NCBI RefSeq assembly: GCF_009914755.1
Contig: NC_060926.1
Direction: 5' to 3' (one strand)
Source of the DNA: the human T2T-CHM13v2.0 reference genome, Homo sapiens
DNA: 64,000 nt
Shown here: in pieces, positions 12,738 through 26,224 of the stretch
Layout of the letters: the number at the start of each line of letters is the position of its first letter
Position numbering within the stretch: position 1 is the stretch's first letter
Made by a program: the position numbers and the translations under genes
Notes under the pieces: generated by a model
Database searches by the model: none
Told to the model about the DNA's origin: nothing
The model's input: the letters and a program-made list of their open reading frames with translations, nothing else

Positions 12738-12919
12738 AGATCTGTTAGCAAAATGCCAGGGGTTTGGTCTAGGTCCTGCAGCTCACTGCACAGAAAGCCA
12801 ATCGCTGAGACAACAAGTATTGCCAGGGAAGAAGGCTTTAATCAGATGCTGCAGCTGAGGAGAACAGAAAATAAGTCTCAAATCCATCTCTCCAACTGAC
12901 TAAAATTGGGGGATTTCTC

Positions 12920-13160
12920 TTCAAGGAACCCTTATTTTACTTAATAGTGGCCCCAAAGCACAAAAGTAGTGATGTTGGCATACTGTTATGATTGTTCTAT
13001 TTTATTATTAGTTATTATGGTTAGTCTCTTACTGTGCCTAAATTATAAATTAAACTTCATCATAGATATATAATAGTATATATAAAGAGTTTGGTTGTGG
13101 TTTCAGGTATCCACTGGGGGCCTTAGAATGTACCCCCCTTGGATACTGGAGGACTAAAGT
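12920..13160 (+). mobile_element. MER44 3' portion
   Basis: aacccttattttacttaatagtggccccaaagc...ggtatccactgggggccttagaatg. Confidence 0.8.
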
Positions 13161-14379
13161 AGATGTTTTCTAAAGTTTCTCACAGATCTAACATTCCAAA
13201 GTTCTTCATTTCCAGCAAATTCAGCTCAGAGAGTTAGAGTCAAACTTTATTTGAAGACTTTAGTAATTCAATGTCAATTGGAAGTGATTTACAAAATGGA
13301 ACAAACACTAACTTTGTAAAACATAGAAAAAATATTTTTAAAGCATAGTACATAACAAAATACCTTTCTTGGAGGTATTATAAAAAATTCCCTGGAATGG
13401 AAAATATATTTTGAGGAAAATCTTGAAAATTGCAAAGCATTTTTAAAGAGAGTTAAACCCTGGGCTAAAGTTGTGGCAGACACCCATGCCCCATCCCACC
13501 ATCCTGGCCAGGTGCCACTTCCATGTGCTGTCCTCTAGGAATAGGGGCTGGCTGAGTTCAGGAAAGCAGCATTAGGGTTGTAGGAGTGATTCAGTTTTTC
13601 ACTGCTAAGAGGTGAAAAAAATTTTACTTTTAAAAAGAAAATGTATTATCAGATCTCAAGTATGTTTTTTTCCCTTAAGAATGAAACTTTCACTTTGTTG
13701 AGTGTATTTAATTTTATTTATTCATTTTCCTTCCTGAAATTTTGGACTCCTTTATTAGGCTGACAAAGCCCACTGCCATTCATATTCAACTTACCTGCAT
13801 AATGGTCTCATTTGCAATTTGTGGGTACGCTGAAGGAGCGTTGCTGGGCTGTCCTTCTGACTTTCTTCTGCTGTGAAGACCATTTGTGAGTTTCCAGGCA
13901 ATGGGCGGGTGGGAGGGAATTCTCCCAACTGTAAAACCCAGGCTTTCAAACACTTGAATGCCAACAGTTCAACTCTTTTATCAGAGCCTTGGCATTATTC
14001 CTGAAGCTCCTCACAATAAACTTCTGTACCAAATTAATTAAAGAAAAGCCTGATAATTCCATTCCGAGGCATTCCAATGAAAGTAATTTCAGATACATAA
14101 TGCACAATTAGCTTTTCCACTTAACTTCCAAATGAAATGCTCATGGTATGTAGTACCATTTGCATTAATCAGCACAACCATCAAATCCTGAGGCAGAAGA
14201 GAGAAACTGAAAATCTTGGGGAAGAAGATCTTCTTGAAGTGTGGTGGTCATTAGATTATCTGTGTGAAGTGTGGTGGTCATTAAGCTATCTAAATAAATG
14301 GTAGACAAGTGGCTACAGGGCTACCTCCTGCCTTTCATAAAGAAGGAGCAATTTTAGGAAAGAATATGATGGGACCTAC

Positions 14380-14817
14380 TGTAGAAGAAAAATTATTCAC
14401 TGGACACTTGTTAAAACAGTAAGAAAAAAAAAACAGTAAGAAAGACTTTGTTCAAGACTATTATAATACCAGTCAACTCTATTGCAATAGGAGAGAGAGA
14501 TTGAGCTAAACTCCTAATACAGCAGACAGCTTGGGACTTAGGGCCAATGGGCAGAATGAGAGGTCAGTGGATGGAAAATTACTAAGAGGTGACACCAAGG
14601 GTAGGAAGATTCTTGCTAAAAACAGGCAGAGAACTCAGATATCAAGGATGGGGGCGGGGAGGAACTGATCAGATATCAAGGGTGGGAGATGACTTAGAAG
14701 GATTCTTGCTAACATGGAGCTCACCAAGGGCACACAGAAAACCAAGGTGAGGCCTGGTAGAGAAAAGGGCTCAGGGGAGTCTAACTAAAGTTTGGTTAAG
14801 GAGGGCCGTCTTTGTCA
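14380..14817 (-). mobile_element. MER31-like solo LTR
   Basis: Minus start TGACAAAGACGGCCCTCCTTAACCAAACTTTAGTTAG; tg...ca termini. Confidence 0.7.
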
Positions 14818-15616
14818 CTGATCTTCAGCTATTTTGTGATAAAATAGTAGAACGTGGGCTCATGAGGAAATCACAGGGTTAAACATTAGGCACTGGGCAG
14901 AATTCAGTGAAGATGGTTATCTGTGGGAGAAAGGGAACTAATGAAGACCACAGAGGCTTTACCTCCTGGGCAACCCTTCAAAGTCCAGAGTCATTGGTGT
15001 ATTACCTGTGAGTTGGTGTGGCCCTGCCTAAGAACATGTACAATCTCAGCATCGCAACAAGGCTCCTGCGGGAGCCCCGGGTGAGTTATTGCTGGTGTTG
15101 CCTGCCAGAAGCTGCACCTCCAGTTAGTTGCTCATCACAAGGGGAGGCTGGCTGAGGTGCCATTGGCTCCCACCCCAGCAGCAGGCATAGAAAAACTCCC
15201 AGGTGAGGTGAGGGCCCATCCTGACCCAAGGTTTTCCTATTGCCAACATTACACAGCAGTGCTCCTGCATGGCTGGCCCCGTCCTACCTCTTTAGTTTCC
15301 ACAAATCTTTTACATCCGGTTTCTCTATCATCTATCCAACTACTAGTTCTTCCTTCTGGGATCTGGTGTGTCCAGTATGCTGTTGCTGGTCAAGTCAGTA
15401 TTGAATTGATAATACATTTATGTAGCCTGAAGCCCATAAACTCTAAAAATACAATATGTTCACTTGCACAAGCCCACAAAAGATCTTATGCCCTGTTCCT
15501 ACAATCTCTTCATCAATAAGGTGCATGAAGGGCATGCCAAAATTAAATCCTGGCATGGAGAGATGCTACAGAAGACAGGCCATGTAGAGACAACTGGAAG
15601 CAAAGTGAATGTCACT

Positions 15617-16058
<442 letters not shown>

Positions 16059-16267
16059 TAACTAGGTTCTCAGTAACCTGAGACTGAGAGCTAGTTGTGA
16101 GATCGGTGACTCTACTGTCATGTGATGGTGTTGTGATGTATTATCCATATGTTAAGGATCATATTAAACACACACATTTACAGTGGACCTACTGTCAGTT
16201 CATATTTAACTTACCTGCATCATGGTCTCATTTACAATTGGTGGACACCCTGAAGAAGGCTTGCAGC

Positions 16268-16531
16268 TGAAGTAGCTGCCAGGCAGGTTTTACTTAATTC
16301 TTGTTTATTCACAAGGAACTGAGGCTCTGACAGGCTGAGAGGTCTGCCTAAGGTTGTAGGGGAAAAAAGTGACAGGGCTGGAAGTCGAGCCTCACCGTTG
16401 TGATTCCAAGACCAGACTCTTTCCTACATGTCGATAGTCATCTGTACACACCATCAGTGCTGGTCAGTGCGCCTCACTCACCCACTAAAGACTGGCCATC
16501 TAACTTCCGAATTCAAGGGTACCTCCCTTAT
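16268..16531 (+). repeat. Local direct duplicate of 18352-18616
   Basis: Near-identical ~260-bp sequence (tgaagtagctgccagg...gtacctc). Confidence 0.95.
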
Positions 16532-17904
16532 CTTGCAGCCATCTGTTGCCTGCTGCAGCAGCAGGGAGGAATTAAGAGCAGCAGCTGCAGCTCCAGCAGC
16601 TCAGGGGCAGCTCTGGGCTCCCTAAATCCACCAGTGGAGACCCACGTGCAGTTGTGGGGAAAAGTTTAACTGCCTTGATCGTTTTCCTTCCAGTATGTTC
16701 TGCCTTTAGCTTGCCTACCTGGTCCTGTCTGCTGGCTTGGCATTGACTTTCCGAGAGATATGCTCCAGACTACACAAGTGGTTTTAAGCTCCTGGCTGTG
16801 TTGATCACTGTTCTTTCCCCTGGGCCTCCAGTTTTTCTGTGCCTGTCCTGCATCTCTGAAATCAAGTGATATTTATTCATAGCTCTCTAAACCTCTGGCT
16901 TGGGTTTCTTCTGGTAAAGACGAACTCTTCTTTCTGCTGAGGAACTATGCAACACTCTGGCTTTCTCTCTACTTCCTCTTTCATCCCTAAACCTTTCAGG
17001 AAGTGAAAGATAGGTCTTGTTTAGAAAAAATGTGGAAGCTGCTTCAGCACAGGTCTGTGGCCACTCTAGTCTGTTTGGCTTCCTCTGTTTTCTGCAGCCT
17101 TGACTTGATGCCACTTGTGCACCCGGCAGCATGGGCATCGGCATCTATTGTGCTGGCAAGGGTGGAGGAGAAACAGCTTTGCTGTTAGTCCTGGCCTGAG
17201 CATTGCTCATAGTGCCGACTTTAATTACCAAACCTTTATCAATGGATCCCACAAAAGGCTTTGGTTCATTCCATTTTGCTTTCCCCTAATTTACTTTTGA
17301 GAATGCTGGCTGAAAGCTTTAGTCATTCACAAAGTTGGCTTCTGACCTAGAAATCTCTCACTTTCTTTGGCCTGAGTGCTTGGCATCTCTACTCCCTCCA
17401 GCTACCACATTCTTCAGCTCCTTTGGAAAGATCAGTATTATTCACAGTGGTAATCAAAGAGGCATCATTTACAGTCTTATCTCATCTCTCAACTTCTCCA
17501 TCATGATTGGAAAATTGATTCCCTACTGAATCAATCAATATGGCACAGCCATATTTCTTATGCAATAATATTAAACTTTCCCTATTAACAATTGATTCAT
17601 GTCCCTTGTTGTGAATGTAACACAAAGAAATGAAGTATCCTAATAAATGAATTGGACCTGGCTGGCTACAGTGTAGAACCACTTGTTGGCGTCCTCACAC
17701 CAGGGCATGTGGGAAGAAGTGCATTGGCACATCTGTGGCCATACCCATTCCTGAGGGAGGTGAAGAGATGGATTGAGGCTGGAGATGCTTGGGAAAGGTG
17801 TTCATAAAAAATACCCTCACTTATCAGCAAACTCAGAGATAAAGAAGAGGCACAATTCAAGGCTTTCAGATGTCAATTTCTTTCCAAACTAGAGTAAGAA
17901 TTCA

Positions 17905-18100
17905 GCGTAAGTAAATCCATAGGGATAGAAATTGGATTAGTGGTTGCCAGAGAGTGGCAAAAGGAGAGTTGGGATTGACTGCTAATAATTTATTTTTGGG
18001 GTGATGAGAATGTATGGGACCAGATACTTGTGATGGTTACACAACCTTGTAAATATGCTAAAAACCACTGCATTGTACACCTTAGAAAATGGTAAAAAAA
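17905..18100 (+). mobile_element. L1M (L1MB-like) 3' end
   Basis: gattagtggttgccag...gtgatggttacacaaccttgtaaatatgctaaaaaccactg. Confidence 0.7.
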
Positions 18101-18147
18101 TGTTTTGGCCAGCAGGGACCTCACAGCTCCTCTGGTCAGGACATGTG

Positions 18148-18255
18148 CCAGACTAACCAACTGTCTTCATTTGTCTGGGACTAAAGAGGTTCCTGGGGTC
18201 TGAGACTGTCACTGCTGAAACCAGTGACAAAGCAGGATGATTCAGTCACCCTAGT
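18148..18255. mobile_element. MER81-like hAT MITE
   Basis: accaactgtc...gtcaccctag termini. Confidence 0.45.
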
Positions 18256-18329
18256 GTGTGCTGGGGCACTGTTCAAGGATGACAGCGAAGGCAGGCAACC
18301 TCCCATTTAACAGGGCTATTTCTCATTCA

Positions 18330-18520
18330 CAATGCTCTTACTACCACCTTGTGAAGTAGCTGCCAGGGCAGGTTTTACTTAATTCTTGTTTATTCACAAG
18401 GAACTGAGGCTCTAACAGGCTGAGAGGTCTGCCTAAGGTTGTAGGGGAAATAAGTGACAGGGCTGGAAGTCGAGCCTCACCCTTGTGATTCCAAGTCCAG
18501 ACTCTTTCCTGCATGCGTAT
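18330..18520 (-). mobile_element. MIR
   Basis: acaaggaactgaggctc...cctaaggttg MIR core. Confidence 0.6.
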
Positions 18521-19773
18521 AGTCATTTTTACACACCATCAGTCTGGTCAGTGTGCCTCACTCACCCACTAAAGGCCGGTCATCTAACTTCCAATTCAAG
18601 AGTACCTCTTTCATCTTTCCTTCCCACCCCTAGAAGCTGCCTCCTGTGAAACCTCTCCTAACACAGTGATCCACCCAGCACCATCTCTAAGTTCATCTTC
18701 CTTGTCCCTCTGCCATCTCTGTAGGCAGGGACTGTGTCTCAGTCATCTCTGCTCTTGGTTCCTATTACCTTGCCTGGTGCTCGATAAGCCCCAGCTGAAG
18801 GAAGCCTGGTGTCTGTTCCAAAGAACAAACAGGAACAGAGGTCTCAGATAAGAGAATATCCTGTTGTCCATCTCTTTGCTATTCCTTTCTTAAGGCCGAA
18901 TGAGTCTCTTTTCCTGATGTGTTCATATTTCTTAGGTGTCATTTTCTGAGGAGCTTGCGGGTGGAGCTGTCACAATCTGTCTCTTTTCCTGGGTTCTGAA
19001 GTGCTGCTTTTCAAAATGTGTTGTAAACATGCTCCAAAGGCCAAGCCAAGCCAATGGGCAACAGGCAATGAGTGGTACAGCTCATGCAGTGAGGCCTGTG
19101 GCCTGGGGGAAAGGATGTGCCAGGAGGCAGGCAGGCTTCCTGGCAGGAAGGCAGTTCTGGAAAGTCTTAATATCAGGGAAGACTGTCATCAATCTTGACC
19201 ATAGGTTGCATGCCAGTATGGGGATAGGTGGGTAAAGCGAGGGTGCTACTGCCAGAAGTAAGGCAGGGTTCCAGATCCAGAGAGATGGAGTGCTGGAATA
19301 CTCTAGGCACAAGGTTTCAGAACTGAGTTAAAGGTAAAAAGATTGGGGCAACATAGGCAATGTGACGTCAAATCCAAGGGTATGGAATTAGAAGACCCAG
19401 ACGATGGGGCTCCAATGACCAAGGGATGCTAGTTGGGGAGGCAGGTGGGCAGAAACTGTGACCAAGAAGAACTTGGCACAGATGATCCATTTAAATGAGA
19501 GGGTGGAGCTGTCCTTGCAAACCAATGATGCAGCTGATGCCATGCAGTGGATCTTCCTTCCCCCTAAACAGAGAGTATAAGTATGAGTTTGAGAAATGTG
19601 CTATAAGCACACAGAAACTCATGCACACACGCAGGGAGGAGATTTGCCTTTAATTTGTTTTGCTTGCACCTGTTGACTCATGGGGGTCAATGGTATCCTG
19701 TAAACATACCAGATACCAAATGAAAGTTCCCTCAGATAACCTCAGATAAGACAGCCAGTTCTCCCATGGCTTA

Positions 19774-22083
19774 TTGTTATTATTATTAGAATTATATTTA
19801 TACTGTCTTTTTTGTCTCTATTTTTTTATTTTTAAATTTTTTATTTCCATAGGTTTTTGGGGAACAAGTGGTATTTGATTACATGAGTAAGTTCTTTAGT
19901 GGTGATTTGTGAGATTTTGGTGCACCCATCACCATGGTAGTATACACTGAACCCAATTTGTAGTCTTTTATCTCTCACCCCACCGACCCTTTCCCCCAAG
20001 TCCCCAAAGTCCATTGTATCATTGTTATGCCTTTGCATCCTCATAGTTTAGCTCCCACTTATGAGTGAGAACACACAATGTTTGGTTTTCCATTCCTAAG
20101 TTACTTCATTTAGAATAATAGTCTCCAATTCCATCTAGGTTGCTGCAAATGCCATTAATTTATTCCTTTTTATGGCCTAGTAGTATTCCATTGTGTATGT
20201 GTGTGTGTGTGTGTACACATCATACCACATTTCCTTTATTCACTTGTTGATTAATGGGCATTTGGGCTGCTTCCATATTTTTGCATTTACAAATTGTGCT
20301 GCTATAAACATGCATGTTTGAGAATCTTTTTCGTATAATGACTTCTTTTCCTCTGGGTAGATACACAGTAGTGGGATTGCTGGATCAAATGGTAGTTCTA
20401 CTTTTAGTTCTTTAAAAAAACTCCACACTGTTTTCCATAGTTGTTATACTAGTTTACATTCCCATCAGCAGTGTAGAAGTGTTCCCTTTTCACCACATCT
20501 ATACCAGCATGTACTATTTTTTTTTTATGCCATTCTTGCAGGAATGAGGTGGTATCGTATTGTGGTTTTGATTTGCATTTTCCTGATTATTAGTGATGTT
20601 GAGCATTTTTTCATGTTTCTTGGCCATTTTTATCTCTTCTTTTGAAAATTGTCTATTCATATCCTTAGCCCACTTTTTGATGGGATTATTTGTTTTTTCT
20701 TGCTAATTTGTTTGAGTTCCTTGTACATTCTAGATAGTAGCCCTCTGTTGAATGTATAGATTGTAGAATGTATAGATTGTGAATATTTTCTCTCGTTCTT
20801 TGGGTTGTCTATTTACCCTCCCGACTGTTCCTTTTACAGCGCAGAAGCTCTTTAGTTTAATTAAGTCCCACTGATTTATCTTTTTATCTTTGTTTTTGTT
20901 GCATTTGCTTTTGGGTTCTTGGTCATGAAGTCTTTGCCTAAGCCAATGTCTAGAAGGGTCTTTCCAATGTTATCTTCTAGAATTTTTAGTTTCAGGTCTT
21001 AGATTTAAGTCCTTGAACCATCTTGAGTTGATTTTTGTGTCAGGTGAGAGATGAGGATCCAGTTTCATTCTCCTACATGTGGCTAGCCAATTATCACAGC
21101 ACCATTTGTTGAATAGGGTGTCCTTTCCCCCACTTCATGCTTTTGTTTGCTTTGTCAAGGATCAGTTGGCTGTAAGTATTTGGGTTTATTTCTGGGTTCC
21201 CTATTCTGTTCCATTGGTCTATGTGCCTATTCTTATACCATGCTGTTTTGGTGACTATGGCCTTATAGTATACTTTCAAATCAGGTAATGTGATATCTCC
21301 AGATTTGTTCTTTTTGGTTAGTCTTGCTTTGGCTATGCAGGCTCTTTTTTGGTTCCATATGAATCTTAGTTGTTTTTTCTACTTCTTTGAAGAATGCTGG
21401 TGGCATTTTGATGGGAATGCATTAATTTGTAGATTGCTTTTGGCAGTATGGTCATTTTCACAGTATTGGTTCTACCCATCCATGAGCATGGTATGTGTTT
21501 CCATTTGTTTGTTTTGTCTGTGATTTCTTTCAGCAGTGTTTTGTTGTTTTCCTTGTAGAGGTCTTTCATCTCCTTGTCTCGGTATACTCCTAAGTATTTT
21601 ATTTTATTTTATTTTATTTTTTGCACCTATTGGAAAAGGGATTGAGTTCTTGATTTGATTCTCGGGTTGGTCTCTGTTGGTATATAGCAGAGCTGCTGAT
21701 TCATGTACATTAATTTTGTATCCTGAAACTTTACTGAATTCATTTACCAGTTCTTGGAGCTTTCTGGAGGTGTCATTAGGGTTTTCTAGGTATACAATCA
21801 TATCATCAGCAAACAGCAACAGTTTGACTTCCTCTTTACTGATTTGGATGCCCTTTATTTCTTTCTCTTGTCTGATCACTCTGGCTAGGACTTCCAGTAC
21901 TATGTTGAATAGAAGTGGTGAGTGTGGGCATCCTTGTCTTGTTCCAGTTCTCAGAGGGAATGCTTTCAACTTTTTGCCATTCAGTATTATGTTGGCTGTG
22001 GGTTTGTCATAGATGGCTTGAAGTATGTTATTACACTGAAGTATGTCCCTTCTATGCCGATTTTCCTGAGGGCTTTAATCATG
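19774..22083 (-). mobile_element. L1PB-type, 5'-truncated (3' part of ORF2 plus 3'UTR)
   Basis: ORF2 RT fragment [18 protein letters not shown]...[13 protein letters not shown]; L1PB-type 3'UTR; TSD CTCCCATGGCTTA at 19761-19773 and 22084-22096. Confidence 0.92.
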
Positions 22084-22620
22084 CTCCCATGGCTTACTAA
22101 GTGATGACTGTCTTTAGATTAGGTTGTGGGTTTTTGTTTTTTTAAAACATTTTGACTAGTTCAAAAAGCACTGGGTGGTTATTCTACCCCAATATGCACC
22201 TATTAAGAGAGAAAGGTGAGAGGAAAAAAAAAATGAAAGTCCCACTCTACATGATACTGATTGTTACCCATGTTTTATCCTTTCTAGTAAACCCCTTGAT
22301 CACAAAGTTGTTCAAAATGCCCTATTTCCAGCCTTTGGCACCAACCTGCAATTGCAGTGTTGCTTTTGACCTTCATCCTAACATCCACCCTCATTAGTGC
22401 CATTTTTCTCTGGTAGAGTCATGATTTAACACTCATTACTTCCAACACAAAGTTCTGCTTTGCCAAATCAGATCACAATACAGAAGTAGCACATGCATAC
22501 TTTCCTCTAATTTAAAAGGTGTATAAGGAAAACTAGTATTTAGCCTTAGGCTTGGGACTCCTCAGCACCTGTGAAATGTTGGGGCTGGTGTTTACATTTC
22601 CTGAGGGTCCAAAGGTTTCA

Positions 22621-23118
<498 letters not shown>

Positions 23119-24471
23119 CTATTGTTTTTTGCCAGCTACATCCTTTGGTGATGCTCACCTGCCTGGGCCCTGGAGGCATGTCAGTTTGTAAGTTCATGAA
23201 ATTAGCACTTAGCTGAAACTACTTGACTGTAGCGGACAAATCATTCCATCATCCCCCACTCCTCATTTGAAATCTCAAAACAAGGGTGGACCATAACTCT
23301 CTTCTCCGAGCCTTTCTCACCTCTCTTCTAGTTCATCTGTATTCCCCAGATCCTTTCTCCTGTGACCAATAAATCCCATCTTTAGGCTTTGGCCTTCTGC
23401 TTTTCTCTCTGGACCTTCTCCCTGAGATGCTTCTTGCATTCCTGTGGTCCCCCAATTGACTGTTGGCTGATGACCCCCACAAAGCTCTTGGTACCCTCAT
23501 CTTTCCCCTCAAGGTCTCATGCTAGGATTAAACTCAGAGAGCAATGGAGACTTGACTTTACTGTGGGGCAGCTCTGAATCAAATCCTGGGTTGGCAGGGT
23601 GGCTGTGGGCACACATGGAACATCCCTGGGCCTTCACACCTGTGTGATGGTTGTAGCATTACTTATGGTGATTGAGGATATTTAAGGTCATTTGTAGTGG
23701 GTGCTTGGCAATGGCAGCTGCTTCCTAAGCCCAAGGTCACTGGGTGTCAAAGCCTTGTAGTTTCCACACTATTGTACTGCCTCAATCCCAGAAGCCTTGT
23801 CTTCAAACATGACTTTTTACAATGAGTTGTCAGTGTTGTCTCCCTTGCAGTGCCCAGGACGAGGCCTGCCAGGGAGTTGGCAATGGATGGATGCACAGGC
23901 AGGCCACCCTGACAAACGGGACAAGGTAGAATCTGCTGACAAGGCAGATTGTCACGGAGTTTTTTAGGAGTCTGGAAGTGACAAGAATGGGGCATGTGCC
24001 TGGTGGCACTCTGCAATCCTGTCACATCAAATTGGAGCTGTTATTTCTATCATTAGCAGCAAAGGAAGCAACTCAACTCTCTGGAGCTTCCTTATTAACA
24101 ATCACAACCAGCAACTAAACAAAGGCAGGAAAGCAGAGTGTCAATGGTGATCGGAGGTTTCCTCCACAGCTTCCACAAGCACCATTTTCTCCTTAATAAT
24201 GGGTTACATTTTCAGGAGAGGCTTACTTTTTGTTTTGTTATACTCTTGTACTTTAAAAGAAAAAAAAAGAAAAGAAAATGCAGATATTTCACAGAACTGG
24301 GGAAGGTTAGGGAGGGGAAGGGAGAGGAAAGGAAGTAAGATTTGGTCCACTTCTAACACTGGGCTTGGTGCATTGCATTAATTATTTCACTTTCCATGAT
24401 CCAGACTTAACTTTTTAAGATCCTAGGCTAGGTTTAAGTGTAGAAATATGAAGTCATAGAATGTAATACCT

Positions 24472-24771
24472 GGCTGGGTGTGGTGGCTCACATCTGTGAT
24501 CCCAGCACTTTGAGAGACTGAGGCGGGTGGATCACTTGAGGTCAGGAGTCGGACACCAGCCTGGTCAACATGGTAAAACCCCATCTCTACTAAAAACACA
24601 AACAAATTAGCGAGGTGTGGTGGCACATGCCTGTAATCCCAGCTACCCAGGAGGCTGATGCAGGAGAATCACATTAACCCAGGAGGAGGAGGCTACAATT
24701 AGCTGAGAATGCACCACTGCATTCCAGCCTGGGGAGACACAGTGAGACTTCCTCTAAAAAAAAAAAAAAAA
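24472..24771 (+). mobile_element. AluS
   Basis: Dimeric Alu, TSD agaatgtaat/agaatgcaat. Confidence 0.93.
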
Positions 24772-25431
24772 GAATGCAATCCTCTTTCCATTCTACAACT
24801 GAGAAAGAAGTCACGTGGTGGCTAGTGATAAAAAGAACAGGTGGCAGTTCTCCTTACCCCTCATGTCTCCATGTGTCTGAGATCCAGGGACATTTAAAAT
24901 ACTGCTGAAAGGTCAGGGGACATTGGTGAAAACAACTATGCAAGCAAAGAATGTTTTTCTTCCTGTGCAGAGAAAGAAAATCCCACTTTCTCTGTGTGTA
25001 AGCCATGGTATGTGGGCTCCCTGAGCCCAGTGAAATATGCAGAGATGGTAAAACTGTATTAAAATCTGATTTTCTTTTTGTTAAAAAGATACCCAGGAAG
25101 AAACTATTTCTTTTCTTCTTATTATTGGATATTGTCTTTTCTAGGCTAGGTACCTGGAAGTGAGACAGCTGTCTCTATTAGGAGTGCTAAGCTGGCACCC
25201 TGGGATGGCAGAAGAAAAGAGGGAAGGAACTAAGGTTTCGAAGATGAATATTGGGAGTGACATGAAAGAGTCTTGGAAGCGAGACGCTTCCAGCCTTCTT
25301 TTTATGTGCAACATTAAGTTTTCCTTATTTTTTTAAAGGAAGTGCAGTCAGCATTTTATATTCTGCCAATGAAGCCATCCCAAGGAGATTCTTTGAGATT
25401 CTGACACATCATCTGTTAAAGGGAAATAAAC

Positions 25432-25631
25432 AGTGGAGAGCTGGAGCCGGCTCATACCAGCCAATTGCTAGAATCTCCTCTTAACTCTTCATTCAGTGGC
25501 ATCACATAGGAAGCTCCAGTGAAGTCATGTGGATGTGGAAATTCACTGTGGTGGGAATATTTAGATGACAAAAATCAGCAACGCTACAAATTGGGGCTTT
25601 TTTAGGAGTCAGTTTACCAGCACACCGCTGG
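25432..25631. mobile_element. MER63-like hAT-Blackjack element
   Basis: cagtggagagctggagccggctc...tttaccagcacaccgctg termini. Confidence 0.5.
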
Positions 25632-26224
25632 AAAATCGTGCAGAACCATTGAAAGCATTAGAGATATGTCTAAGGCCTCTGTTAATGTGCTTGCTATAGC
25701 AAATAGAATTTACTGCATTCCCCCCTTGCTCCTGAGAACCTCCCCACTGTACCACCATACCTCCTATTGCTTCTGAATACCCCCATTACACCCCACTGCT
25801 CCTGAACAACCCCATTGTACTCCCCACTGCTCCAGAGACCCCCATTGGATCCCTCGCTCCTGATCACCTTCCACTGTGTCCCCCCTCTGCTCCTGATCAC
25901 ATCCCACTGTGCTCCCCTCTGCTCCTGATCACCTTCCACTGTGTCCCACCTCTGCCCCAATCACCTCCCACTGTGTCCCACCTCTGCTCCTGATCACCTC
26001 CCACTGTACTTCCAGCTGCTCCTAAACAACCCCCAGAGTACTTCCCACTTCTCCTGAGCACCCTCCACTGCAACCCCATACTATTACTGAGCACCCCCAC
26101 TGCCATAACCACCACTGTTCCTGAACACCCCCACTGCTCCCGAACACCTCCACTGTACCCTGACTACTCCTGAAAACACTTCAGTGTATCTCCTACTCCT
26201 CCTGAACATCACCCTACTATTTCC

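Larger units (their letters stand above)
6956..12916 (-). mobile_element. Defective MER4-group ERV1 provirus (3' LTR 6956-7366, internal region, truncated 5' LTR 12743-12916)
   Basis: Two homologous LTR copies in the same orientation; PPT-like agaaagtgagga (minus) next to the 3' LTR; PBS next to the 5' LTR; provirus splits a MER44. Confidence 0.8.

Noticed and set aside
14222-14291. 14-bp palindrome plus 30-bp tandem duplication
   Set aside because: Ordinary slippage-scale event; similar small duplications occur at ~20750 and ~63577
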